Below are positions 46,273 to 55,484 of a stretch of 64,000 nt of DNA, piece by piece. A program made the translations under genes and the position numbers. The stretch comes from an uncultured virus (IMG/VR IMGVR_UViG_2838736955_000001) (Duplodnaviria > Heunggongvirae > Uroviricota > Caudoviricetes). The notes beneath the pieces were generated by a model, which was given only the letters and a program-made list of their open reading frames with translations, was not told the origin of the DNA and ran no database searches. The stretch lies in the IMG/VR virus record IMGVR_UViG_2838736955_000001; one strand, 5' to 3'. Each line of letters begins with the position of its first letter. The stretch's first letter is position 1.

Positions 46273-46967
46273 TGAATGACGCACCTTCTGACATCTATCT
46301 GGACTGGATCCGGGAAGCCCTGAAACAGCCGGGCAAAACGCAGGTTGGCCTCGCAAACCACCTCGGCATCGCGCATCCGCAGATAACGCAGCTTTTGAAG
46401 GGCAAGCGGAAGCTGAAGGTGAACGAGATCCCGAAGATCGCCGCTTACCTTGAGGTCGAGCCGCCGGGCGGAGAAGTGAAGCCCTCAGAAGCGAAGTGGG
46501 TGCCGGCTCGTAAGGTGGGGACTGTTGCCGCTGGGCTGTTCCGAGAGGTCGATGAATTCGACCAGTCTGAACCGGAAGAAATTATTGTCCCTCGCGATGA
46601 GAACTTCCCGAACGCCAGGCAGCTAACCTTCGAGGTCGAAGGCGACAGCATGAATGAGTTGCGCCCTCGCCCGATCCTTCCCGGCGATACTGTCGTCTGC
46701 ACTGCCTACGAGGACATCGCGCACCGTGTCGTGCTCCGAGACGGGATGGTCGTCGTCGTTGAGCGATCACGCGACAACGGTATGATGCGTGAATGGTCGG
46801 TGAAACAGATTGAGATCTACGAGGACAGGACGGAGTTTCACCCGAGGTCAAGCAACCCGAAACACAAGCCCATCGTCGTCAACCGTCAGTTTGATGCAGA
46901 TGACGGCGTGAAAGTCGAGGTCATAGGGGTGGTGCGGATGGTGCTGAACACAATGCCGGGGTTTTGA
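46272..46967 (+). CDS. CI-like repressor (HTH plus S24 peptidase)
   Basis: KTQVGLA.HLGI...QITQLLKG; VAAG cleavage site; VEGDSM; VK. Confidence 0.9.
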   Translation: MNDAPSDIYLDWIREALKQPGKTQVGLANHLGIAHPQITQLLKGKRKLKVNEIPKIAAYLEVEPPGGEVKPSEAKWVPARKVGTVAAGLFREVDEFDQSEPEEIIVPRDENFPNARQLTFEVEGDSMNELRPRPILPGDTVVCTAYEDIAHRVVLRDGMVVVVERSRDNGMMREWSVKQIEIYEDRTEFHPRSSNPKHKPIVVNRQFDADDGVKVEVIGVVRMVLNTMPGF

Positions 46968-46970
46968 TGA

Positions 46971-47270
46971 ATGGCTCTAGCGTTCGGGATTATCGCTTGG
47001 GCCACGTGCGCCATAGTCACAGCGATCATAGCGGGGTCGAGAGATAGAAATCCGTTCGCATGGCTGGCGATTGCCGCCGTGACTGGTATCTTTGGACTTA
47101 TTCTCGTGCTGGCGTTGCCGCGCGCTATCTCCGCGCCATCCGGCAGCCATCATCCTCTTGTTGGCGCCGGGAGAAAAAGCAACCCGTCGATGACCGATTG
47201 CCCTGATTGTGGCGAACCAGTTTCTATCGCAGCCCGCGTCTGTGATCATTGCGGAACGCGCTTGGCCTAA
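46971..47270 (+). CDS. Membrane protein with C-terminal zinc ribbon
   Basis: Two TMs; CPDC...CDHC; co-oriented with cI. Confidence 0.7.
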   Translation: MALAFGIIAWATCAIVTAIIAGSRDRNPFAWLAIAAVTGIFGLILVLALPRAISAPSGSHHPLVGAGRKSNPSMTDCPDCGEPVSIAARVCDHCGTRLA

Positions 47271-47569
47271 GCGGCAAAGCTTCTATTCCCTTTCAGGTCG
47301 AAGTTACCGCAGGCATCGACGATCTCCTGCAGGAACCATCGCTTTGGCTGCTCACACATTCGGCTTTTGCCGTCGTCTCCAACGAAGTTCATGACCGGCA
47401 GAACGGTAAAGCAATCCTCATCTCCGACCGGAACGAACGGCCCGACCTTGAAGGTGTAACCGGGGAACTGGTAGCCGAGATAGGCAATCAGTCGCTCCTT
47501 GGCCGCATCGACTTTCTCCCGCTTGCTGAATGGCGGGACAATGATGAATTCCAGAACTTCCTTACTCAT
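47267..47569 (-). CDS. Hypothetical protein (SOS-box operon)
   Basis: GGAGG RBS; coupled to the upstream gene. Confidence 0.6.
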   Translation of the reverse strand: MSKEVLEFIIVPPFSKREKVDAAKERLIAYLGYQFPGYTFKVGPFVPVGDEDCFTVLPVMNFVGDDGKSRMCEQPKRWFLQEIVDACGNFDLKGNRSFAA

Positions 47570-47795
47570 AGCGTGATCCTCCGCTGATCGCGAACAGGCG
47601 GCCGATCGAGCTATCGCAATGACCGCAATGAAATTTGACGCCGTCCAGATACCCCTCGCCTGCCAACTCGAGTGGATCGCTGGGGACATATTCGCCGGGC
47701 GGGATTTCAAGCTCTTTCGAACTTTCCCTTAGGCAGTTCTCGCACCTGATGTGCAGCCGAAGAGGCGACCGCTCCCTTACCATTGCCATGCCCAT
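47562..47795 (-). CDS. Small zinc-finger protein (SOS-box operon)
   Basis: CENC...CGHC. Confidence 0.6.
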   Translation of the reverse strand: MGMAMVRERSPLRLHIRCENCLRESSKELEIPPGEYVPSDPLELAGEGYLDGVKFHCGHCDSSIGRLFAISGGSRYE

Positions 47796-47798
47796 CTT

Positions 47799-47813
47799 GT
47801 TCTCCTTCTGTTC
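47799..47813. promoter_or_regulatory. Alphaproteobacterial LexA box
   Basis: GTTC-TCCTTCT-GTTC (GTTC-N7-GTTC) immediately upstream of the 47795 start. Confidence 0.7.
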
Positions 47814-47876
47814 TTATGAAGCCAGAATGGCGAGCCTGAGTCGAGTCGTTTCTTCGCTGTACGATCAAAAATAGAA

Positions 47877-47930
47877 ATGTACGTTTTTCATTCACTGCCA
47901 CTTGACGGGTATGTATGATTTACGTACATT
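47877..47930 (+). promoter_or_regulatory. OL-like operators and pL-like promoter
   Basis: ATGTACG-TTTTT-CATTCAC at 47877; ATGTATG-ATTTA-CGTACAT at 47911; TTGACG-N17-TACATT. Confidence 0.75.
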
Positions 47931-47958
47931 CACCTCATCACCAAATGAGGTCACGGCG

Positions 47959-48312
47959 ATGCAAACCGCAGCAGACATCACAGCCACAGCACTGAGGGAA
48001 AACCTCAAGATCGTTGACGCGAAGGTCTTCCGGATCCGCCAGCGGACCGCGAAGGGACTGCGCTCTCCGAATGCTGCAGCGGCCTATGTCGAAACGCTCC
48101 GCGTCTGCCACGCTCTGCGCGTGAAGGGCATCGCCCTCGGTGCCAAAGGTCCGCTCTGGGCTGACCTCGAACCTACCCCTCTCAGAGACCAGCTTGTCGG
48201 CTTCACCGCCGAAGAGCGCAAGGAACGCGAGTGGAAAGGCGTCTTCGCCGGTTTCCCCTTCGAACCTGCCCAGCTGATCGCCCCCGTTCAATTCCTCGAA
48301 GCTGCGGAGTAA
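47959..48312 (+). CDS. Hypothetical early protein
   Basis: GAGG RBS; first gene after pL. Confidence 0.6.
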   Translation: MQTAADITATALRENLKIVDAKVFRIRQRTAKGLRSPNAAAAYVETLRVCHALRVKGIALGAKGPLWADLEPTPLRDQLVGFTAEERKEREWKGVFAGFPFEPAQLIAPVQFLEAAE

Positions 48313-48318
48313 TTCGCC

Positions 48319-48570
48319 ATGAGCATCGCATCCCAGTTCAACGCCACAAAGGACTTGTACGAAGCCCTTGGCGACATGATCCACCCGGACCTTACCGTTC
48401 GCGCCATCGCATCCCGCAAGGCGGAGGAAGCTTTTCAGCGCCTCGTGAAGGCTCGCGGTGAAGAAGCCGACATCTCGCCGTCGATCGAGTTCGGCTCCGA
48501 AATCCCCGCCCTCACCACTGCCCGTCGTCCCGACATGAGCAGGAAGTCGAGGGAGAGCGCAAATGTCTGA
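48319..48570 (+). CDS. Hypothetical protein
   Basis: GGAG RBS. Confidence 0.55.
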   Translation: MSIASQFNATKDLYEALGDMIHPDLTVRAIASRKAEEAFQRLVKARGEEADISPSIEFGSEIPALTTARRPDMSRKSRESANV

Positions 48571-49177
48571 GAACAACGACTTCTTCCATGACGACAGGAT
48601 CTGGGCTCGCTTCTACCGCGACGGGAAAACGCTGCGGGAGATCAGCGAGGAATTCGATTGCTCGATATTCCAGCTTTCCCCTTGGTTGGTTGGCCCTCTG
48701 ACAGACGCCGCATTCGAGGCCATCAAGGACAAAGGGGAAGCCCTCGCCGCCAAGGATGCGGAGATCGCAAAGCTGCGCTCTGATCGCAATCTCTTCAAGG
48801 GGAAATATCGCGCCCTCTTAAAGCTGGTCAGCAGAACTCGCGACAAGCTCGTCCATGTCACCGACCACATCGAGGACGAAGGTGATCGACGTTATTTCGG
48901 TAGCACCAATGACGCCGACGAGTTGGTCAGCCTTTTCCACACCATGGAATCATGGGTCTGGGACGCGGTTGACGAAACCAATCGCATGAAGAGCGACCCT
49001 TACGCTGACATCCGTGAGCAGCGCGCTCGCGCCGAGAAGGCAGAGGGCGCAATCGAAAAGCTTGCCGACAAGATCGAGGATCTGATCGCTGAGTTTGGCG
49101 ACGATCCGAAAGCCGCTCTCGAATGCGTATCCGAGCATCTGCAGCTTCGGCGTCAACCAGTGCAGGAGGAAGTTTGA
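48563..49177 (+). CDS. Hypothetical coiled-coil protein with N-terminal HTH-like segment
   Basis: DGKTLREISEEFDCS. Confidence 0.55.
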   Translation: MSENNDFFHDDRIWARFYRDGKTLREISEEFDCSIFQLSPWLVGPLTDAAFEAIKDKGEALAAKDAEIAKLRSDRNLFKGKYRALLKLVSRTRDKLVHVTDHIEDEGDRRYFGSTNDADELVSLFHTMESWVWDAVDETNRMKSDPYADIREQRARAEKAEGAIEKLADKIEDLIAEFGDDPKAALECVSEHLQLRRQPVQEEV

Positions 49178-49425
49178 TGCGCCTCACCTGCTCAACCTGC
49201 AACGGCGAAGGCGCGATCTTCAAGTCGCGCTACGGCGGTAACGACCCTGATGTCTGGCGCGACCGCGAATGCGAAGCCTGCAACGGAAGCGGCAATCAGG
49301 TCTGCGAGGCCCGTAGCTGCTCGGAGACGGCCGTCGCCTTCAACGACGATGGCGAAGCCCTCTGCGAGGACTGCCTTCTCGAATGGACGATCAGCGAGTT
49401 TGACCTGGAGGAAGATGATGCGTGA
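49177..49425 (+). CDS. Zinc-finger protein (CxxCxGxG repeats)
   Basis: CSTCNGEG, CEACNGSG, CEDC. Confidence 0.65.
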   Translation: MRLTCSTCNGEGAIFKSRYGGNDPDVWRDRECEACNGSGNQVCEARSCSETAVAFNDDGEALCEDCLLEWTISEFDLEEDDA

Positions 49426-49675
49426 TTGCTGCGCAGCCAATCAGTTCGACGGCGCCTGTGAGGACGGCAAGTGCAAGTCCTACACCGCTCGCGCCGCTGA
49501 GATCACCCAAGCCGAGCGCACGGTCATGGCGAAGCAGACCGCCTTCCCGTTCCTCGCGGTCTTCACCTTCGGGTTTTCCATCTCGGTCGCCGTCTTCGGC
49601 GCCCTCACCCTCGACGATCACTTCAAGCGCGAAGCGCTGATCAATCAGGAGAACGTTCATGTCGTCCAACGATAA
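49415..49675 (+). CDS. Small membrane protein
   Basis: GGAGG RBS; one TM. Confidence 0.5.
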   Translation: MMRDCCAANQFDGACEDGKCKSYTARAAEITQAERTVMAKQTAFPFLAVFTFGFSISVAVFGALTLDDHFKREALINQENVHVVQR

Positions 49676-50660
49676 CGCATGGGCTTGGTGGCAAGCCGCC
49701 CTCGCCGGAAACTTCGGCCCGATCCACGACAGCGACCCACAGCAGGGTTTCTACCGTGTCCGGGACGGCAAGGACGGGCCTTTCCTTCCAGTTGCCATCT
49801 GGAATGATGGCGAGCGCTGGATCGCACTCCGCAACGGCAAGGAAACCGACGCCGCTGCGATCTGGACGTGGGTATGCCGCAACCCGATCACGGAAGACGC
49901 CTATGAGGCGGCGATGGTCGGCAAGGGCTGGGGGGATGAGCCGGAAACGGTTCGCGGTATGGGCGACAACTTGCCGACCGACCCTTTCGAGGCCTTGAAG
50001 CTGGAGTTCGCCGGTGAGCAGGAGCTTGCCGACACACTGCTCAAGTCCAAGGTCGAAACCCAGGATCAGGCGAACAAGATCGGCGTCCTGTCGAAACGCA
50101 TCGCTGGCATCTCCAAGCGCGCTACCGATCTGCACAAGGTCGAAAAGCAGCCGCATCTAGACGCCGGTCGGAACGTCGACAACAAGTGGCGCGACCTCAA
50201 GGAAGAGCCGGACGCCCTGAGCAAGAAGCTCAAGCGCCATCTCGACGCCTACCTGCAGGAGCAGCAGCGGATAGAACTGGAACGGCAGCGCAAGGCGCGC
50301 GAGGAAGCCGAGCGCATCCAGCGTGAAGCCGACGCCGCCCGCATCGCCGCCGAAAAGGCGTCGGTCCAGAACGACAACAGCGCGGCGGAAGCTGCAGCCG
50401 AGGCCGAACGTCTGGCGCAGCAGGCGGCAGCCGCCGAGCGGGAAACGCAGGCCCGCAATGCCAGCGCCGGCCGAACTGGTGCCAAGGTTTCGCTTCGCAC
50501 CTTCGTCTTTGCCGAGATCACCGACTACGAAAAGCTGCTTCTGGCCCTCAAAGATCGTCAGGAAATCCGCGAAGTCGTCGAGAGCGTTGCCAATCGCGCA
50601 GCGCGTTCCGGCGTCGAACAGCCGGGCATGGTCATCAAATCCGAACAGAGGGCCGCATGA
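49659..50660 (+). CDS. Coiled-coil recombination-module protein
   Basis: GFYR, MGDN.P, K.EK.PHL...R.VD..W; precedes the RecT-like gene. Confidence 0.6.
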   Translation: MSSNDNAWAWWQAALAGNFGPIHDSDPQQGFYRVRDGKDGPFLPVAIWNDGERWIALRNGKETDAAAIWTWVCRNPITEDAYEAAMVGKGWGDEPETVRGMGDNLPTDPFEALKLEFAGEQELADTLLKSKVETQDQANKIGVLSKRIAGISKRATDLHKVEKQPHLDAGRNVDNKWRDLKEEPDALSKKLKRHLDAYLQEQQRIELERQRKAREEAERIQREADAARIAAEKASVQNDNSAAEAAAEAERLAQQAAAAERETQARNASAGRTGAKVSLRTFVFAEITDYEKLLLALKDRQEIREVVESVANRAARSGVEQPGMVIKSEQRAA

Positions 50661-51634
50661 CCATGAACGCACACGTTCCAGCAACGCTCTCCGCCGGCGG
50701 TCAGGTCATGGCGATCGTGCCACAGACATTCGAGGAAACCATGCGCGTCTCGCGCGCCGTGGTGGCTTCTGGCCTCGCGCCTTCCGCTTTGATCGGGAAG
50801 AAGACCGGTGACGACGCCGCGGCTGCCGTGGCTGTCTGCATCATGTCTGGCGCCGAGCTTGGCCTCAAGCCGATGGTCAGCCTCCGCAGCTTTACCGTGA
50901 TCAACGGTAAGCCTGCCCTCTATGGCGACGGCCTTATCAATGTCGTTCGCCAGTCTGGCAAGGTCGCCCTGCTCAAAACCGGCCACGAGATGCGCGATGG
51001 CCAGATGGTTGGCTACTGCCATGCCAAGCGGAACGATACGGGCGAGGAAAGCCGCGTCGAGTTCACGCAGGCGGAAGCCGAGCGCGCTGGCCTGTGGGAC
51101 AATCGGCCGACTATCCGCAAGAAGGTCTGGGAAGATAACAAGCCGATCTGGAAGGAAGGACAGCCGAACGACGCGCCTTGGTACAAGTACCCCCAGCGCA
51201 TGATCGCTTGGCGCGCGGCCGGCTACTGCCTCCGCGAGCTGTTCGGCGATGTCCTCGGCGGTATCCGCGATGAGTTCGAAGCTCGCGACATCGCGGACGC
51301 CGACGAGATGCGCGACGTGACGCCTGTATCCGAGAGCCGTCCGACGCCGCCCAAGCCACCCAAGCCGCCTGCCCCGCCGTCCGCAAAGACGATCGATGCC
51401 GAGCCGGCGCAGGATGCGCAACCGGCCGAGAACGAATTTGACCTCGGCGGCTACCTCGAGGAAATCGAGACGGCGCTCGGCAGCGCGACAGATGAAGCCA
51501 GTGTCGAAGAGATCTGGACCGACTTCGACGCGCCGGCCACTCTGGAAAGCGAAGGCCACGCAGACATGATCGACGCCGCGTTCTCTATCAAGGAACGCCG
51601 GCTCGCCCAGCTCCATCCGATGAACGGTGGCTGA
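50657..51634 (+). CDS. RecT-like single-strand annealing protein
   Basis: G.ELGL.PM..L....VINGKP, AERAGLW, W.KYP.RM...RA...CLR..F.DVLGG. Confidence 0.75.
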   Translation: MTMNAHVPATLSAGGQVMAIVPQTFEETMRVSRAVVASGLAPSALIGKKTGDDAAAAVAVCIMSGAELGLKPMVSLRSFTVINGKPALYGDGLINVVRQSGKVALLKTGHEMRDGQMVGYCHAKRNDTGEESRVEFTQAEAERAGLWDNRPTIRKKVWEDNKPIWKEGQPNDAPWYKYPQRMIAWRAAGYCLRELFGDVLGGIRDEFEARDIADADEMRDVTPVSESRPTPPKPPKPPAPPSAKTIDAEPAQDAQPAENEFDLGGYLEEIETALGSATDEASVEEIWTDFDAPATLESEGHADMIDAAFSIKERRLAQLHPMNGG

Positions 51635-52055
51635 AATGGGCCGTGCTCTCCTCGTCCTCGCCAACGACCGTTTCAAGCGCCGCGCTATCGAGTGGATAGA
51701 GAAAGCGCCATGGGAGACCCGCGTCGAGTTTAAAGGCCCGAAGCGCACCCTGCCGCAGAATGACCGGATGTGGGCCATGCTGACCGATCTATCGGTTCAG
51801 CTTTCCTGGCACGGTCAGAGGCTCGCGCCCGACGACTGGAAGCTCGTCATGCTCGACGCGCTGCGCCGGGAGACGCGGGAACAGCTTCGCATCGTCCCGA
51901 ACACGGACGGGACCGGCTTCGTCAATCTCAGCACGTCGTCATCGGATTTGTCCAAGGACGAGATGACGACCCTCATTGAAATGATCTTCGCCTTCGGCGC
52001 CGAGCATGGCGTCGAATGGTCGGAGCCTCTGCAAGATAATCGAGGTGCAGCATGA
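51627..52055 (+). CDS. ninB: NinB-family recombination protein
   Basis: KRTLPQN..MWAML.D.S.Q..W.G, SSS.LS..EM..LIE.I.AFGAE.GV.W. Confidence 0.85.
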   Translation: MAEMGRALLVLANDRFKRRAIEWIEKAPWETRVEFKGPKRTLPQNDRMWAMLTDLSVQLSWHGQRLAPDDWKLVMLDALRRETREQLRIVPNTDGTGFVNLSTSSSDLSKDEMTTLIEMIFAFGAEHGVEWSEPLQDNRGAA

Positions 52056-52363
52056 CCGAAGCAGCAAAGCATACGCCGGGGCCTTGGATCGTATCAGATT
52101 ATTCCAAGTACCATGTCCAAAAGCCTAATCGGGGCCTTCTTTGCTCGACAGGCGTTGGCAATTCTTCGGGCCATTCGGACAGGTATGAGGATTACGCCAA
52201 CGCTCGCCTTATCGCCGCCGCTCCTGATCTTCTGGAAGCGCTCAAAGAGGCGACGCTTGCTCTTGAGGGGTTCTCAAAGGGTGAAGGGGTCTTCAAGCCG
52301 ATCGAACAGACAATCGTGATGTCTCGTGCCGCCATCGCCAAGGCGGAAGGCGGTGCGGCATGA
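52052..52363 (+). CDS. Conserved phage early protein
   Basis: KHTPGPW...ANARLIAAAPDLLEAL. Confidence 0.7.
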   Translation: MTEAAKHTPGPWIVSDYSKYHVQKPNRGLLCSTGVGNSSGHSDRYEDYANARLIAAAPDLLEALKEATLALEGFSKGEGVFKPIEQTIVMSRAAIAKAEGGAA

Positions 52364-53016
52364 GCACAGCACTCAATCTGTCAGGTAGGCGTTTTGGTAG
52401 CTGGTACGTGATTTCCGAGACATCGACGCGCAGAGGGGCGAGCAAAAAACCTGCTTGGCTTTGCAGATGCGATTGTGGCCGGGAGAGGTTCGTTTCCGCG
52501 TCTGCGTTGTCGGCAGGAGAATCCCGTAGCTGCGGCTGCAAGAAGGCCATCAACAGGCAGGCTTCTAGCCTTGATCGTATTTTTGATAATAGCATCCCTG
52601 AGCCCAACTCTGGTTGCTGGATATGGCTTGGACCAGTCCAACGAGCTGGAAAATACGGCACGATTTCTATCAGGAAAAGAAAGACCGGCGCGCATAGGCT
52701 TGCGCTGATGCTTGCCACCGGCCGAAGCGGCGATGGCCTTATGGCATGCCACAAATGTGACGTTCCTGCTTGCGTCAACCCCCAACATCTTTTCTGGGGC
52801 ACGGCAAAAGAAAATCAGCAGGATAGCATCAGCAAGGGGCGAGCACGGCATTTTGGTGACGGTGCTCGATACGTCAACGCCAAGCTGCTTGAAAGCGATA
52901 TCCCTATAATTCGCGCTGACAAGCGGAGAACTATCGACATAGCTCGCGCCTATGGAGTTTCGCGCACCACGATCAAAAGAATTCGAACTCGCCAAGTATG
53001 GGGGTCTGTAGCATGA
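52360..53016 (+). CDS. HNH homing endonuclease
   Basis: WLCRCDCG, CWIW.G, AHR, CHKCDVPACVNP.HL..GT..EN..D. Confidence 0.9.
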   Translation: MSTALNLSGRRFGSWYVISETSTRRGASKKPAWLCRCDCGRERFVSASALSAGESRSCGCKKAINRQASSLDRIFDNSIPEPNSGCWIWLGPVQRAGKYGTISIRKRKTGAHRLALMLATGRSGDGLMACHKCDVPACVNPQHLFWGTAKENQQDSISKGRARHFGDGARYVNAKLLESDIPIIRADKRRTIDIARAYGVSRTTIKRIRTRQVWGSVA

Positions 53017-53270
53017 CTATAGTCCGCCAGCACGAGCGCCAGAAGCCTCGCAAGCCAGACGCATACATCGAGCGGCACCTAGACCTTATCGAGCGCCGCG
53101 CCGACCGCATCGCGTTTCTCAATTTCCGCGGTGTGGAAATCGTGAGCGCCAACGACGACCGCCTCGCGAAGCCCATAGCCGATCCGGTGCCCGGGCCGGG
53201 CCGAATGACCCTTGCCGAGATCGCCGCCCAGCTTATGGCGCTGGCGAAGAGAGCGGGGTACCGGGGATGA
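53013..53270 (+). CDS. Hypothetical protein
   Basis: Coupled ORF. Confidence 0.5.
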   Translation: MTIVRQHERQKPRKPDAYIERHLDLIERRADRIAFLNFRGVEIVSANDDRLAKPIADPVPGPGRMTLAEIAAQLMALAKRAGYRG

Positions 53271-53656
53271 CGGACGTCGGAACCACCAAGCGAAAATCGA
53301 TGACGCCCGGCCGCCGCCTGCGGATCTTTGAAAACCACAAGGGCGTGTGCGTCACCTGCGGCCTGCCGATCAAGGTCGGAGAGCCTTGGTTCGTCGAGCA
53401 TATCCGCGCCTTGGAGCTTGGCGGCGAAGACGTGGATGCCAACTGCGGACCAGCTCACCAGATCAGCTGCAAAGCCGTGAAGGATGCTGACGATCATCAC
53501 CGGGCATCGAAAGCCAAGCGGGTGAAGCAGCGCCACATCGGCATCACCGCGCCGAAGCAGAAGATTGCCAGTCGCGGTTTCCCACAATCCACCAAGCCGA
53601 AAAACGAGCGCGCGCAACTGCCGCCGCGCCAGCTATATCGCGAGGAACAGGTATGA
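53267..53656 (+). CDS. HNH endonuclease
   Basis: CVTC, EH...LELGG.D...N...AH..C. Confidence 0.85.
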   Translation: MTDVGTTKRKSMTPGRRLRIFENHKGVCVTCGLPIKVGEPWFVEHIRALELGGEDVDANCGPAHQISCKAVKDADDHHRASKAKRVKQRHIGITAPKQKIASRGFPQSTKPKNERAQLPPRQLYREEQV

Positions 53657-53871
53657 CCCACGGAAGAGACAACCTACGCCCGCACGCCGAAGCACGCCTC
53701 GCCATGGCCTATTGGGGTGAGGAATACGCGGCCCAGAAAGGCGGTTGCATGGATTTCTGGGATGGCCTTTCGCCTTACGAAAAAGACCTCATCGCCCGCA
53801 TGATCGATGAAACCCTCAAAGCCATGAAGGAAAACGGCAGAGCTGCCGACTGGAAAGGGATCCAGCCATGA
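53653..53871 (+). CDS. Hypothetical protein
   Basis: Coupled ORF. Confidence 0.5.
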   Translation: MTHGRDNLRPHAEARLAMAYWGEEYAAQKGGCMDFWDGLSPYEKDLIARMIDETLKAMKENGRAADWKGIQP

Positions 53872-54458
53872 CACAGCAGGAAAAGACTTCTAACCCCGCG
53901 CACCAGACGCAAATGATGGGCAGCACCTGCCATCCCTATAAGAGATATGATGAGCACCCTGACGGCGGAGGAATGCGCGAAGATGAGCTTGGCGCATATG
54001 TTCGGTTCGAAGTGGTTGAACAGCTTTCGGGTCGGATCGCTAAGCTTGAGGACGACATGTGCCTAGCGTTGCTAGATGTCTTGGAAGAGCGCCACCGGCA
54101 AGTCTCGTCCGAAGGCTGGACGCCAGAGCATGATGATCAGCACGATGACTACAGCCTAGCGAAGGCAGCGAGCGTCTATGCGGCATGCGCGAGCGTTGAT
54201 CGTCCCGATCGCGCGGTTATGGATCAGTTCGGCCTTGCAGGAACACCAACAGCAATTATTCGCAATTGGCCAACGACTTGGGACACCTCTTGGCTAAAGC
54301 CGACCAATCGCCGTCGCGACCTTGTGAAGGCGGTAGCCCTTCTGATCGCAGAGATCGAGCGCCTTGACCGCATCATGTTCCGTGAAGCGGAATCCATGAG
54401 CGACAGAACTTATTGGACCGGTTCCGAAGACGAACAGGAGCCTTTAGATGTCAAGTGA
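53868..54458 (+). CDS. Conserved phage early protein (Ead/Ea22-region type)
   Basis: ER.RQ...EGWT.EHDD.H, W.KP..RRRDLVKA.AL..AEIERLDR. Confidence 0.7.
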   Translation: MTQQEKTSNPAHQTQMMGSTCHPYKRYDEHPDGGGMREDELGAYVRFEVVEQLSGRIAKLEDDMCLALLDVLEERHRQVSSEGWTPEHDDQHDDYSLAKAASVYAACASVDRPDRAVMDQFGLAGTPTAIIRNWPTTWDTSWLKPTNRRRDLVKAVALLIAEIERLDRIMFREAESMSDRTYWTGSEDEQEPLDVK

Positions 54459-54972
54459 AGCCCTTAACAGCCTGCGGGAAACCTTACGACTTTTGATGTC
54501 TCGTCATGCCGGGGGCGAAAAACGGGAAGACACCTATAAAGACGGCTTCCAGCAGGGGTTGGCGGCAGCGATTGATGAAATCGACAAAATTCCCGCTACC
54601 CAATTCGTCGCTCTAGCTACCATCCCGCCTGATTGCGCGATCGGCGAATTCTACGGCTTCACTGAAACCACGACGTTGTACCGGCTCGTGCCGGAGGGTG
54701 CTCCACCTCCCTCGTCTCTTGGCGGATCAACCACACCTCACAAATCGGAAGAACCCCAAATGGTGAAATCTCACGAAGCAATCAAGGCTGTCCGCGACGG
54801 CCACCGCATCGCCCGTTCAGGCTGGAACGGTAAGGGTATGTATGTTTACCAGCACGAACCAAACGGCTTTAAGCCGGTCCTGATCCTGCGAACTGCCAAG
54901 GGGGAATACCAGCCGGGGTGGGTTTTCTCCCAGGAGGATGTGTTCTCCGATGACTGGGAGATCGTAGAATGA
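54448..54972 (+). CDS. Protein with C-terminal DUF2829/Tad2-like domain (possible internal start at 54760)
   Basis: EAI.AV..G.RIAR.GWNGKGM...GW..SQ.D.FSDDWEIV. Confidence 0.8.
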   Translation: MSSEALNSLRETLRLLMSRHAGGEKREDTYKDGFQQGLAAAIDEIDKIPATQFVALATIPPDCAIGEFYGFTETTTLYRLVPEGAPPPSSLGGSTTPHKSEEPQMVKSHEAIKAVRDGHRIARSGWNGKGMYVYQHEPNGFKPVLILRTAKGEYQPGWVFSQEDVFSDDWEIVE

Positions 54973-55484
54973 GCTTCTACGCCCTTACGGACAGCGATTG
55001 GTCTTGGGACGATGAAGGCGAAGGACGCGCCATAGTCGTTCATGCCGACACTCCGCAAGATGCCATACGCATCGCAACGGAAAAGCACATCGCAGAAAAT
55101 CCCGGCGCTGGCGGCATCTGCTGGAAGATTGCCCGCCTCTGGGATGTCGGCTTCGAAATGGTCGAATGGGAGGATGATAACAAGCCGAAATACATTGGCT
55201 TCTGTCCTTACCCAGACGGATCGAACGGGCCGATGGACACGCCACCAGTGTCGACCGCATCTCTTCCTGACGGATACGATGATCTAGACACACCGCTCCA
55301 AAAGGCAGCGTCAGGGACAAACTACATGGGTTTCGCTGTGGAGTCGGTCACCTTCAGAGGGAGGAAGGCGACCATCGTTGATCGGGACTTTCCGATTGGG
55401 ACGCCAATCACCGTTGCGGGTCCCATTTCCCCATCCCCTCAGACGAGCGCGCGGGGTATCACCCCTGTGGACGGTGCCAGATGA
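54969..55484 (+). CDS. Hypothetical protein
   Basis: Coupled ORF. Confidence 0.5.
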   Translation: MSFYALTDSDWSWDDEGEGRAIVVHADTPQDAIRIATEKHIAENPGAGGICWKIARLWDVGFEMVEWEDDNKPKYIGFCPYPDGSNGPMDTPPVSTASLPDGYDDLDTPLQKAASGTNYMGFAVESVTFRGRKATIVDRDFPIGTPITVAGPISPSPQTSARGITPVDGAR

